Shown here piece by piece: positions 40,675-50,720 of a DNA stretch of 64,000 nt. Position 1 is the stretch's first letter. Every line of letters starts with the position of its first letter. Source of the stretch: an uncultured Planctomycetota bacterium (GTDB lineage Bacteria; Planctomycetota; PLA2; JAEUHO01); the NCBI GenBank assembly GCA_963752285.1, contig CAVVXN010000005.1, positions 32,001 through 96,000 of the forward strand, written 5' to 3'. A program made the translations under genes and the position numbers. The notes under the pieces were generated by a model. That model did not search any database. It was given only the letters and a program-made list of their open reading frames with translations, and was not told the DNA's origin.

Positions 40675-43600
40675 ATGGGCACCGAAGTCTCTCGCCCGAT
40701 GCCGCCGCCCGAGCCCCGTCCCGGGGACGACGGTTCGGGGGGGGACGCACCGTGGCCCCGCCCGGACGACCGGGTGGGGGGCTACCGCGTCCTTCGGTCC
40801 GTCGGCCAGGGCGGGATGGGACGCGTGTTCCTCGCGGAGCGCGACGGGCGTCGCGTCGCGCTGAAGGTCATGCGGATCGGCCTGGCGTCGGAGACCACGA
40901 CGCGCCGTAGGTTCGAGCGCGAGGCGCGCCTCGGGCTCGCCGTGCGCCACGAGTACGTCGTCTCCGCGTACGACGCGGGTACCCTCGACCGCGAGGGCGA
41001 GACGTACGGCTATCTCGCGATGGAGTACGTCGAGGGCCAGACGCTCCGCGCGCTCGCCGTCGAGCTGTCGCGTGTGCCGGAGGAGCTCTGCCGTCACGTG
41101 GGCCGCGCCATCGCGAGCGGGCTCGCCGCGATCCACGCGGCCGGCGCGGTGCACCGAGACCTCAAGCCGAGCAACGTGATCATCACGCCCGAGCAGATCG
41201 TGAAGATCATGGACCTCGGCGTCGCCCACGTGGTGGACGACGCCTCCCGGCTCTCGCGCACGGGGGAGTTCCTGGGGTCCGTCCTCTACGCCGCGCCCGA
41301 GCAGTTCGGCTCGGAGCCCGTGGTGGACGCGCGTACGGACCTGTATGCGCTCGGTCTCGTCCTCTACGAGCTCCGGACCGGTCACAACCCGTTCGAGCAC
41401 CCCGAGCTCGTGGGCGTCGTGCGAAACGTGCTGGAGCTCGCCCCGCCCCGACTGGGCGATCTCGAGCCCCAGACCTCACCGTTCCTCGAGGAGGTCGTGC
41501 ATACCCTCCTCGAGAAGGAGCCCGGGCGGCGCTTCGCGAGCGCACGCGCCCTCCTCCAGGTCCTGGAGGAAGGCGAGGACTCCGACTGGTGGCGCCGGCG
41601 CGAGCACGAGAGGAGGGTCCGGGGCACGCGACCGCTCCGACGTCTCGCGCGCCGCGCCGAGGTAACGCTCTGCGGCCGGGAGGAGGAGCTCGGGGCGCTC
41701 GTCGCGGCGTTCGAGCGGGCGCGGTCGGGCGAGGGCCAGGTGGTCGTCGTGGAGGGCGAGGCCGGCATCGGCAAGAGCCGCCTCGTGGACGAGCTGGTGG
41801 CGCGGCTCGCGGAGCGCGGCGCGTCGGTGCAGTTCCTCCTCGGCGCGCACCCGCCCGGAGGCGCGCCCGCGCGGACGGACGCCTTCCTCGCGCTCGTCCG
41901 CGACCACATCGGTACGGAGGGCGTGGAGGAGGCGATCGCTCCCTCGCTTCGCGAGACGCCCTATCTCGTCCCCGGCTTCGCCGCGCTGCTGCGGGGCGAG
42001 ATGGCGCCGCCCGGCGCCGTGACCCTCGGGGAGGAGGCGCGGCAGACCGCGTTGGCCGCCGTCCTCTCGGGCCTGGCCGCGGAACGGCCGACGATCGTGG
42101 CCGTCGAGGACCTCCAGCTCGCCAGCGCGGAGGAGCGACGCACCTTCCTCGCGGTCGCGGGCGCCGTCCGGGGCCACCGTCTGCTCCTCGTCGGCACGAC
42201 GCGCCCCGGGCTTCCGGCGACCTGGCATGCGGCGCTGGAGGGCGCGGTCGAGACCACGAGGATCCGCCTCGCCCGACTCGGCGCGAAGGACCTCGCGCGC
42301 CTCCTGGAGGACGGCGTCGGGTCGCGGGTGGCCGCCGAGCTCGGCTGGAAGATCGCGCAGAAGTCCGACGGCAACCCCTATTTCGCGCTGGAGATCCTGA
42401 AGAGCCTCAAGGACGCCAACCGGATCCTGCAGGGCGCCGACGGCGCGTGGCGGATCACGGGGACCCTCCGGGACGTCGAGATCCCGTCGTCGGTCGTGGA
42501 CCTGGTCGCGGCGCGGCTCGACGCCCTCGACGACGACGAGCGCGAAATCCTGGAGGTCGCCGCCTGCTGCGGGCACGAGTTCGACGCCGCGCTCGTCGCG
42601 ACGGCTCTGGGGCGCGAGCGGATCCCCCTGCTCCGCGCGCTGGGTCGCATCGAGCGGGGACCCGGGCTCGTGCGCTCGACGGGAGCGCGGTTCCGCTTCG
42701 ACCATCACCAGGTGCAGGAGACGCTCTACGCCCGTCTCTCGCCGCCCCTGCGCTCGGAGTACCACGTGCTCCTCGCCAAGGCGATCGAAGCGTCGTCTTC
42801 TCCGGCCGACGAGGACCCGCGCCGCGCCGTCGAGCTCTGCCACCACTTCCTCCACGGCGGCCGGCACGCCGACGCCTCCCCGTACCTGGCGCCCGCGCTC
42901 GCCTGGCTCTACCAGACCGCGCAGTACGAGGCCGTCGTGGACCTCGCCGAGCGCGCGCTCGCCGGACCCGCGGAACGCCGCCGGCGCCTCGAGATCCTCC
43001 TCTCCCTGGGCTCCGCGCTCCAGCCGCTCGGCCGGTGGGCGCGGTGGGAGGAGATCCTCGCCGAGATGGTCCGTCTCGCCGACGAGGAGGGCGACCTCGC
43101 GCTCCGCGCACAGAGTCGTTCGGCGCTCGGCTGGTTCTACTGCGAGGTGGGACGTCACGGGGAGGGCCAGGCGGCGTTCGAGGAGCAGCTCCAGCTGGCG
43201 ATTCGACTCGGCGACCGGGCCCTCGAGGCCGTCGCGCTCGGGAACGCCCGCGGCTACGGCATCGACACCGGCCACTTCGAGGAGGCCAAGGACGCGTACC
43301 TCCGCCAGGTCGCGATCGCACGGGAGATCGGGAACCGGAAGATCGAGCAGCAGGGGCTCGGCAACCTCGGGCTCTCGCTCGAGTACCTCGGGCGCTGGGC
43401 GGGGGCGCTCGACGCGTTCCGCGGCTCGCTGGCGCTCTCCGAGGTGAGCGGCGACCGCGTGAACTCCGGTCTGTGCCACGTCGCGCTCGGGCGGATGCTG
43501 CCCCTGCTCGGCGAGCCGGAGCGCGGGCACGCGCACCTCGAGGTCGCGCTCTCGACGTTTCGTGCGCTCGGGCCGCGGCGCGCCGAGACCTACGCGCTCC

Positions 43601-44115
43601 ACCGCCTGGGCATCGTGGCGGAGCAGGCAGGCGACCTCGCGCGCGCCGAGGCGTTGTACGAAGCGGGCCTCTCCATGCGCCGCGAGCTCGGGTACCGCGG
43701 CGGCGTCGCGCGAAGCCTTCGCACGCTCGGCGCGCTCCAGGTGGCTCGCGGGCGCACGGAGGAGGGAGCCGCGCGGCTCGAGGAGGCGGAGGCCGTCGCG
43801 CGGGCCGTGGAGGACCACGGCGACTGGGTCCTCGCCGCCGCGTACCTCGCCCTGCTCGGGCGGCGGGACGCTTCGGCCGCCGAGTCCCTCTTCGCCGAGC
43901 TCGAACCGCGACTCCGTGCGGCGGACCGCCTGGAGGCCCTCTACGTGCTCTGGCGGACGACGGGCGGGGACGGGCACCTCGCGGCCGCGCGGCGTCTCCT
44001 CGACGACCTGGTCCTCTACGCGCCGCCGGACCACCGGAAGGGAATGGTCGAGCGCGTGCCGCTCCACCGCGCGGTTCGCGAGGGGAGGGGCAGGGGACCG
44101 GTCCCCACCCCTTGA
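40675..44115 (+). CDS. Ser/Thr protein kinase with AAA ATPase and TPR domains (paralog of 5613..9281)
   Basis: GQGGMG, VALK, HRDLKPSN, MDLG, APE; GEAGIGKS, VEDLQ, GNPYF; TPRs. Confidence 0.92.
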   Translation: MGTEVSRPMPPPEPRPGDDGSGGDAPWPRPDDRVGGYRVLRSVGQGGMGRVFLAERDGRRVALKVMRIGLASETTTRRRFEREARLGLAVRHEYVVSAYDAGTLDREGETYGYLAMEYVEGQTLRALAVELSRVPEELCRHVGRAIASGLAAIHAAGAVHRDLKPSNVIITPEQIVKIMDLGVAHVVDDASRLSRTGEFLGSVLYAAPEQFGSEPVVDARTDLYALGLVLYELRTGHNPFEHPELVGVVRNVLELAPPRLGDLEPQTSPFLEEVVHTLLEKEPGRRFASARALLQVLEEGEDSDWWRRREHERRVRGTRPLRRLARRAEVTLCGREEELGALVAAFERARSGEGQVVVVEGEAGIGKSRLVDELVARLAERGASVQFLLGAHPPGGAPARTDAFLALVRDHIGTEGVEEAIAPSLRETPYLVPGFAALLRGEMAPPGAVTLGEEARQTALAAVLSGLAAERPTIVAVEDLQLASAEERRTFLAVAGAVRGHRLLLVGTTRPGLPATWHAALEGAVETTRIRLARLGAKDLARLLEDGVGSRVAAELGWKIAQKSDGNPYFALEILKSLKDANRILQGADGAWRITGTLRDVEIPSSVVDLVAARLDALDDDEREILEVAACCGHEFDAALVATALGRERIPLLRALGRIERGPGLVRSTGARFRFDHHQVQETLYARLSPPLRSEYHVLLAKAIEASSSPADEDPRRAVELCHHFLHGGRHADASPYLAPALAWLYQTAQYEAVVDLAERALAGPAERRRRLEILLSLGSALQPLGRWARWEEILAEMVRLADEEGDLALRAQSRSALGWFYCEVGRHGEGQAAFEEQLQLAIRLGDRALEAVALGNARGYGIDTGHFEEAKDAYLRQVAIAREIGNRKIEQQGLGNLGLSLEYLGRWAGALDAFRGSLALSEVSGDRVNSGLCHVALGRMLPLLGEPERGHAHLEVALSTFRALGPRRAETYALHRLGIVAEQAGDLARAEALYEAGLSMRRELGYRGGVARSLRTLGALQVARGRTEEGAARLEEAEAVARAVEDHGDWVLAAAYLALLGRRDASAAESLFAELEPRLRAADRLEALYVLWRTTGGDGHLAAARRLLDDLVLYAPPDHRKGMVERVPLHRAVREGRGRGPVPTP

Positions 44116-44121
44116 CGAGGG

Positions 44122-44868
44122 TCAAGACCGAACGGCGCTCAGGAGCGCGGCCACCTCGGCGTCGCCGAGCCGGCGCGCGGCCCCGGGAGCGAGGTCGCCG
44201 AGCGGGATCGGACCGAACGCGACGCGCACGAGCACCTCCACCTCGTGCCCGTCCGCCTCGAGCCGACGACGGATCTGCCGGTTCTTCCCCTCGCGGAGCA
44301 CGATCCGGAGCCAGGTCGAACGCGGTCCCTCGCGCTCGACCTCGACCTCCATCGGCCCGAGCACGAGATCGTCAACCTCGCGCGGCTCCGTCCGCCACGC
44401 CGCGAGCACGTCCGCCGTGGGATGGCCCCGGACCTTCACGCGGTAGACCTTCTCGGCGTGGGACGACGGGTCGAGGAGGCGCGCAGCGAGCAGGTGGTCG
44501 TTCGTGAGGAGGAGCAGGCCGGCGCTCGCGCGGTCCAGCCTCCCGACGGGCGCGAGACCCGGTGCGCGCGGCGCAGGGACCAGGCCCATCACGGTGGGCC
44601 GACCCTCGGGGTCCGCCGTCGTCGCGACGACGCCGCGCGGCTTGTTGACCGCCCACCACTCGATCTCCGCCGCCGTGGGCGGGGTGACGGGCGCGTCGTC
44701 GAGCGTCACCCGGTCGCGGTCCGGGTCCACGCGGCGCGCGCCGTCCGTGCACACGCGGCCGTTCAGCCGGACGCGCCCGGCACGGACGATCGCGCGGGCC
44801 GCGACACGCGTGGCGGCGTGGCAGCGGGAGAGGTAGCGGACGAGCGGAAGTCCCGGCACGTCCGCCAT
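44122..44868 (-). CDS. rRNA pseudouridine synthase (RsuA/RluB family)
   Basis: S4 domain, NKPRG, VGRLD, GLLLLTND, EGKNRQIRR. Confidence 0.93.
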   Translation of the reverse strand: MADVPGLPLVRYLSRCHAATRVAARAIVRAGRVRLNGRVCTDGARRVDPDRDRVTLDDAPVTPPTAAEIEWWAVNKPRGVVATTADPEGRPTVMGLVPAPRAPGLAPVGRLDRASAGLLLLTNDHLLAARLLDPSSHAEKVYRVKVRGHPTADVLAAWRTEPREVDDLVLGPMEVEVEREGPRSTWLRIVLREGKNRQIRRRLEADGHEVEVLVRVAFGPIPLGDLAPGAARRLGDAEVAALLSAVRS

Positions 44869-45100
44869 CCTGCACCGGAGGGGCCCCCGGGCCACCGTCG
44901 GGGACCGAGCGTCGGACCGGTCGCCGAGACCGATAGGACCTCAGGGGCCGTGGGGACGCGGGCTGTGATCGCGTCGGGTCGTTCGGACCGGAACGTGCTC
45001 GCCGACGCCGGGGCGGGCCACCAGGCGTCGGGCCGGGCGTAGGTTCGGACCGGCGTGGCCCCGGCGATGCGCCCCGGCGCGCGCCGAAGGGAGACGAGCC

Positions 45101-45568
45101 ATGACGAAGGGCAGGTTCGACGCGGCGGCCCTCGCCCCGGGCGCGTTCCACGCCATGCTGGGGCTCGAGAGGTACCTCGCCGGGTGCGGCCTCGAAGCGA
45201 AGCTGCTGCACCTCGTGAAGCTCCGGGCGTCGCAGGTCAACGGCTGCGCGTACTGCATCGACATGCACTGGAAGGACGCCCGAGCGCTCGGCGAGACGGA
45301 GCAGCGTCTGTACGGGCTCGACGCCTGGCGGGAGGCGCCCTACTACACGGACCGCGAGCGCGCCGCGCTCGCGTGGACGGAGGCCGTGACCCTCGTTCAC
45401 GTCGGTCAGGTTCCGGACGAGGTCTACGACGCGGTGCGCGCGCACCTGAGCGAGCAGGAGGTCGCCGACCTCACCGTCGCGGCCGCGACGATCAACGCCT
45501 GGAACCGCATCGCGATCGCGAGTCGCGCTCCGGCGGGCTCGTACCGGCCGTCCCACGCGCGGGTCTGA
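45101..45568 (+). CDS. Carboxymuconolactone decarboxylase/AhpD family protein
   Basis: LVKLRASQVNGCAYCIDMH, ERAALAWTEAVT, INAWNRI. Confidence 0.93.
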   Translation: MTKGRFDAAALAPGAFHAMLGLERYLAGCGLEAKLLHLVKLRASQVNGCAYCIDMHWKDARALGETEQRLYGLDAWREAPYYTDRERAALAWTEAVTLVHVGQVPDEVYDAVRAHLSEQEVADLTVAAATINAWNRIAIASRAPAGSYRPSHARV

Positions 45569-45865
45569 CGCTCTCGACCGGGCGTCGCGGCGCCGGGTCT
45601 CGGCCGGAGACCCGGCGCGGCGTGCGTGCGGAGGGTGCGTCGCCCCGCGGGCGAAGCCCGTGCCCGCCACGGCCTCCCGGTCGGGAACGACCACCATGGC
45701 CGGATGCCGCCGGTCCCCGCCGGACGCGGCTCTTCCGTTCGGCGCGCCACGCGTCGGCGCGCGGCCCTGCCGCCCCGTGGGCGCGCGAAGGTCTCGAACC
45801 GAGGGACGCTCGGCGGCGGCCCCTCGCGGCGCTCGCGTCCCCCGAACCCGAGCTACCGTCGCGCG

Positions 45866-47650
45866 ATGGCGCTGCTCGGACTCACCGGGGTCACCGTCAC
45901 GCACGGCGGGCCGCCGGTCCTCGACGACGTCTCGCTCGTCGTGGACGAGGGGGAGCGGATCGCGCTCCTCGGGCGGAACGCCTCCGGGAAGTCCACCCTC
46001 CTGTCCGTGATCGCGGGCGAGCTCGAGCCCGACGCGGGCGAGCGCACGCTCCGGCAGGGGCTGCGGATCGCGCGTCTCCCCCAGGAGGTGCCGCGCGGCC
46101 TTCGCGGGACGGTGGCGGAGGTGGTCGGAGCGGGCCTCCCGACGGAGGAGGCGTGGCGCTCGAGGGAACGACTCGACCGGCTCTTCGCGGGACTGCGGCT
46201 CGACCCGGCAAGCGAGACCTCGAGGCTGAGCGCGGGCCTCTCCCGTCGGGTCCTCCTGGCGCGGGCGCTGGCCGCCTCGCCCGACCTGATGCTCCTCGAC
46301 GAGCCGACCAACCACCTCGACATCGCCGCGATCCGGTGGCTGGAGGCGCAGCTGACCGCCCGCGGCGGCGCGACGTTGTTCGTGACGCACGATCGAGCGT
46401 TCCTGCGGGGCCTCGCGACGCGCATCCTGGAGCTCGATCGTGGGCGGTTGACGTCGTGGCCGGGCGACCACGCGACCTACCTCCTCCGGCGGGAGGAGCG
46501 CGCGGCCGAGGAGACGCGCCGAAACGAGCGGGCCGACCGCAAGCTGGCGAAAGAGGAGGCGTGGCGGCGGAAAGGCGTCAAGGCGCAGCGCACGAGAGGC
46601 GAGGCCCGCGTCGTCGCGCTCGAGCAGATGCGCCGCGAGCGCCGGGCGCGTCGCGAAGCCACGGGCACGGCGGCGATCGCGATCGCCGAGGCGGAGCGCT
46701 CGGGGCGGCTCGTCCTGGACGGGAGAGGGCTCGTCGCGGGATACGGCGAGGTCGCGCTCCTTCGGCCGATGGATCTCCTGGTGATTCGAGGGGACAGGAT
46801 CGGGCTCGTCGGTCCGAACGGGAGCGGGAAGACGACGCTCGCCCGGACGTTGGTCGGGGACCTGCCGCCCGTGTCGGGGCGCGTGAAGCGCGGGACCGGT
46901 CTCGAGCCCGTCTGGTTCGATCCGCTCCACGCCGCCCTCGATCCCGCGAGCACCGTGGGGGAGTGCGTCTCCGGCGGGGTCCCGTTCGTCGAGGTCGGGG
47001 GGAAGCAGCGACACGTGACCTCCTACCTCGCCGACTTCCTCTTCGAGGCGGACGCCGCGCGCCAACCCGTGTCACGGCTCTCGGGGGGTGAGCGCGCCCG
47101 CCTCCTCCTCGCGCGTCTCTTCGCGCGTCCGAGCAACCTGCTGGTGCTGGACGAGCCGACCAACGACCTCGACGTCGAGACGCTCGACGTCCTGGAGGAC
47201 GCGTTGCTCGCCTACGGCGGGACGGTCCTCCTCGTGAGCCACGACCGCGACTTCCTCGACCAGACCGTGACGAGCCTCCTCGTCTTCGACGGCGCGGGCG
47301 GCGTCCGGGAGGTGGTGGGGGGGTGGAGCGAGTGGGCGAGGATCGAGGACCGCGAGCGAGCGGCCGAGTGCGCGGCGTCGCCCGCCCCGCCGGTCCGTCG
47401 CCCGCGGGCCGAGGCCGAGCGGGACGCCGCCCGTCGGGCGGCGAGGGCCCGGCGGGCGCTCGAGGAGCTGGAGCGCGAGGTCGAACGCCTGGAGGCCGAG
47501 CGCCGCGCGCTCCACGACCGGATGGGCGACCCGGCGTTCTGGAGCGGCCCTTCCGAGGACGTCGAGGCGACGAAGCGCCGGCTCGAGGCGCTCGAGGGGG
47601 ACCTCGTGGACGCCTACGAGCGGTGGACGAGCGCGGCCGAGGACGAGTGA
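45866..47650 (+). CDS. uup: ABC-F family ATPase, Uup-like
   Basis: GRNASGKST, LDEPTNHLD, THDR, GVKAQRTR linker, GPNGSGKTT, LSGGERARL, DEPTNDLD, coiled-coil tail. Confidence 0.85.
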   Translation: MALLGLTGVTVTHGGPPVLDDVSLVVDEGERIALLGRNASGKSTLLSVIAGELEPDAGERTLRQGLRIARLPQEVPRGLRGTVAEVVGAGLPTEEAWRSRERLDRLFAGLRLDPASETSRLSAGLSRRVLLARALAASPDLMLLDEPTNHLDIAAIRWLEAQLTARGGATLFVTHDRAFLRGLATRILELDRGRLTSWPGDHATYLLRREERAAEETRRNERADRKLAKEEAWRRKGVKAQRTRGEARVVALEQMRRERRARREATGTAAIAIAEAERSGRLVLDGRGLVAGYGEVALLRPMDLLVIRGDRIGLVGPNGSGKTTLARTLVGDLPPVSGRVKRGTGLEPVWFDPLHAALDPASTVGECVSGGVPFVEVGGKQRHVTSYLADFLFEADAARQPVSRLSGGERARLLLARLFARPSNLLVLDEPTNDLDVETLDVLEDALLAYGGTVLLVSHDRDFLDQTVTSLLVFDGAGGVREVVGGWSEWARIEDRERAAECAASPAPPVRRPRAEAERDAARRAARARRALEELEREVERLEAERRALHDRMGDPAFWSGPSEDVEATKRRLEALEGDLVDAYERWTSAAEDE

Positions 47651-47833
47651 ACGACGGGCCCGAGTCCGTCACGGGCTCCCGTCGCCCGGGTCACGGGCCG
47701 CGGCGATCTCGCTCCGGTTCGTGCCCTCGGCGCTGGGCGGCGGTCGCCTCCGAGACGCCTCGTCGCTTCGCGCGACGGTCCACGCGCGGTGTCGAAGGGA
47801 TCCGCGAACGCGCCCAGCCCGCGCGCGCGGGAC

Positions 47834-48772
47834 TCAGCTGCGCTCGGGCGTCGTTCTCTTCGGCCTCGGGGCCGGCGCGTCGAACGAGACCGAGCGGCGC
47901 GAGAGGCTCCCGTGCTCGAAGCCCGTGACCGGGAAGCGGACGACGTCGTCGTCGAAGGACGCGGCGACGGCGAGGAGCAGCGGGACCAGGTGCTCGACCG
48001 TCGGGTGGTTCGTCCGTGCGGCCGGCGCGCGCCGTTCCCAGTCGAGGAGGGCGTCCACGTCGCGGCGGCGCAGCGCCTCCGTGGCCCACGCGTCGAACTC
48101 GGACGCCCACGCGACGACGGGCGCGTCCGGGCGCGGGTCGATCTGCCGCAGGTTGTGCGTGAGGTTGCCGCTCCCGAGGAACCACACGCCCTCGTCGCGC
48201 AGCGGTCTGAGCGCGCGACCGATGCGCCAGAGCGCCTTCGGGTCGTGCGAGGGCAGCGAGAGGAGGAGCACCGGCACGTCGGCCTGGGGCGCCATCCACC
48301 GGAGCGGGACCCACGCGCCGTGGTCGAGGCCGCGCGTCGGGTCCTCGTACACGGTACCGAGCGGCGCGAGCCGCTTCGCCACGTCCTTCGCGAGCGCGGG
48401 CGCCCCCGGGGCGGGGTAGCGGACCTGGTACAGCTCGCGCGGGAAGCCGCGAAAGTCGTAGACGAGCGGCCGCGTCCGCGTCGCCCCGATCGTCACCGGC
48501 GCGCGTTCGTAGTGCGCCGAGACGACGAGGATCGCGTCGGGTCGCGCGACCGCCTCGCCCCACCGGACGAGCGGCGCGCCCTTCTCCCGGTCGAGCGCGG
48601 TCATCGGCGAGCCGTGGCCGACGTAGGAGGACGGCGCGCGCCGAGGCGCCGCGCCGTCCGCCCACGCGCGCCGATCCGGCCACGCGAGGGCCACGCCCGC
48701 CGCCGCGAGGCCGGCGAGCACGCCGCGGCGCGAGAGAGGGGGTCCGGACGGCGAGGAGGACGCTCGACTCAC
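47834..48772 (-). CDS. DODA/LigB-type (YgiD-like) extradiol dioxygenase with Tat-like signal
   Basis: GHGSPM, VSAHY, YDFRGFP, GLDHGAW, GSGNLTHNL, HPTVEH; N-terminal SRRGVL. Confidence 0.9.
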   Translation of the reverse strand: MSRASSSPSGPPLSRRGVLAGLAAAGVALAWPDRRAWADGAAPRRAPSSYVGHGSPMTALDREKGAPLVRWGEAVARPDAILVVSAHYERAPVTIGATRTRPLVYDFRGFPRELYQVRYPAPGAPALAKDVAKRLAPLGTVYEDPTRGLDHGAWVPLRWMAPQADVPVLLLSLPSHDPKALWRIGRALRPLRDEGVWFLGSGNLTHNLRQIDPRPDAPVVAWASEFDAWATEALRRRDVDALLDWERRAPAARTNHPTVEHLVPLLLAVAASFDDDVVRFPVTGFEHGSLSRRSVSFDAPAPRPKRTTPERS

Positions 48773-48823
48773 GGTCGGGCCAGCGTAGGACCCGCGGCAG
48801 GGGAGGGGGCGGTCGGCGGGTTC

Positions 48824-49471
48824 CTACCCCGTACAGGTGAACACGCTCGACACGCGACCCTCGGCGTCGAAGCGGATCACGAGGAACGCAAGATCGAGCT
48901 CCAGCTCCATGAAGCCGGGAGGGAGGCCCATGTCGTACGACCACTCGCCCGGAGACCGGGAGCCGTCCGGAGGACCGAGCAGCGCCGCCACCTCCTGCGT
49001 GGTGAGCCCCCGGAGACGACCCGAGTCCACGAGGTCGTCGACCATGCGCTGGCGCTCCTCCGTGCGCTCGCCCGTCGATGCGCGCCACCTCGCGGCGTCG
49101 AAGTCGGTGCGTCGGACGTACGCGACGACCTTCGGAGCGAAGGCCAAGCCGGCGAAGAGCAGGTACGGGCTCGAGACGCCGAGCCCGAACGCGGCCCACC
49201 GGGCCCGGACCGCGCCGCGCGCGCGGAGGACGGCGAGCGCCCCGACGGCGAGGAAGGGAACGGCGAGGGCCAGGGCCCCCAGAACCGTCGGGAGACGAGA
49301 CGACGGCGCGGGCGCGGTCGCGCGCAGGAGGAGGGAGTGGACGTACCACACGACGATCGTGCACCCGAGCCCGCCCACGAAGCCGGTGAGCGACATCGTC
49401 CATCGGGAGGGTCGGAGACGCTCCCACGCCGTCCCGGCGAGGAGGTCGGGTTCCCTGTCGCCCGTATCCAC
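48824..49471 (-). CDS. Membrane hypothetical protein
   Basis: Three hydrophobic segments then RQRMVDDL...GLTTQEVAALLGPPD (SmpA/OmlA-like). Confidence 0.7.
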   Translation of the reverse strand: MDTGDREPDLLAGTAWERLRPSRWTMSLTGFVGGLGCTIVVWYVHSLLLRATAPAPSSRLPTVLGALALAVPFLAVGALAVLRARGAVRARWAAFGLGVSSPYLLFAGLAFAPKVVAYVRRTDFDAARWRASTGERTEERQRMVDDLVDSGRLRGLTTQEVAALLGPPDGSRSPGEWSYDMGLPPGFMELELDLAFLVIRFDAEGRVSSVFTCTG

Positions 49472-49527
49472 GCCCCGATGCTACACGACCGCCCCGTCGC
49501 GTCGGGGCACGCGCGGCCGGCGCCGGG

Positions 49528-50370
49528 TCAGGCAGCCGGGGCCGGTTCGAGCGAGGTGCGGCGAATCGTGCCCTTCCCCTCGCGCTTCGCCGCGTACATG
49601 AGGCGGTCGGCGGCGCGCACGATTTCGTCGGCCGGAGGCAGCGGCGGCGCCGCCGTGACCAAGCCCACGCTCACGCCCATCGGCCAGCCGTGGGCCCGTA
49701 CGGCCTCCTGGATCGCGGAGAGCATCCGGGCGAGCGCGGTCGAGGCCGCCTCGGCGCCCGTCTCGGGGAGGAGGAGCGCGAACTCGTCCCCCCCGAGCCG
49801 CGCGAGGAGATCGCCCCGACGGAGCGTCGCCTGCCCCTCGCGCGCGACGACCTGGAGGGCCAGGTCGCCCGCCGCGTGCCCCGCCGCGTCGTTCACCTGC
49901 TTGAAGTCGTCGAGATCCAGGTAGGCGAGACTCAACGTGCGACCATGCCGATTGCTCCGCGCCACCTCGAGCTCGAGCCCCTCGCGGAAGGACCGGGCGT
50001 TCGCGACGCCGGTCAGCGCGTCGATCGTCGCGGAGGCCTGGAGCCGTCCCTGGAGGACACGCAGGCGTCCGAGGAGCGACGCGGTGACGACGAAGAAACC
50101 CAGGCGGATCGCGGCGTTCCAGTATGCGATCGCGGCGTGCGAGTACCCGTGGCCGCCCGCGACGTCCGCCGCGTGCCAGGCGCCGGCGGAGACGAGGCTC
50201 GCCAACCCGCCGAGTCGCGTCCCCCCGGACCACGTCACGAGCGCGACCGGGACCAGGTAGAAGAGCGAAACGCCGATCTCGGATCCCGTCGCCAGGTCGA
50301 GGTACCCGATCATCGGGATCAGGGCGAAGCCCGCGAACACGGGTAGACGGGCGTCCGTGCGGGCACGCAT
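49528..50370 (-). CDS. Membrane-bound diguanylate cyclase
   Basis: TM N-terminus; DALTG, DLDDFKQVND..GH..GD, RxxD I-site, intact GGDEF. Confidence 0.93.
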   Translation of the reverse strand: MRARTDARLPVFAGFALIPMIGYLDLATGSEIGVSLFYLVPVALVTWSGGTRLGGLASLVSAGAWHAADVAGGHGYSHAAIAYWNAAIRLGFFVVTASLLGRLRVLQGRLQASATIDALTGVANARSFREGLELEVARSNRHGRTLSLAYLDLDDFKQVNDAAGHAAGDLALQVVAREGQATLRRGDLLARLGGDEFALLLPETGAEAASTALARMLSAIQEAVRAHGWPMGVSVGLVTAAPPLPPADEIVRAADRLMYAAKREGKGTIRRTSLEPAPAA

Positions 50371-50720
50371 GCGAGGAGCATACGCCGCGGGCTCGGCGGC
50401 CCGCGCGGTCGATTCCCTGGGGCCAGAGGCCCGGGGCCGGCCGGATCGGCCCGCTCGGGTCGCGCTCCGCCGACCCGGAGGGACACCAGCCCGCGGGGTC
50501 GCACCGCGAGAGCCCCGTGCGAGTCGGGGCGCCGTGGCGTCGGGGTAACGCCACGCCTCCGGGGACGCGCGCGACCGCAAAGCGCCACCGCCCCGGGGCC
50601 GGCTCCCGGCTCTCGCGGGAATCGTGCGGGCGCGGGCGATACCCTGGAGAGCGGTTTGCCGGGACCCCGGGTTCCCCCGAGCCCCGAGGCCCGAACCGGG
50701 AACCATCGCGAGGCCCACCC

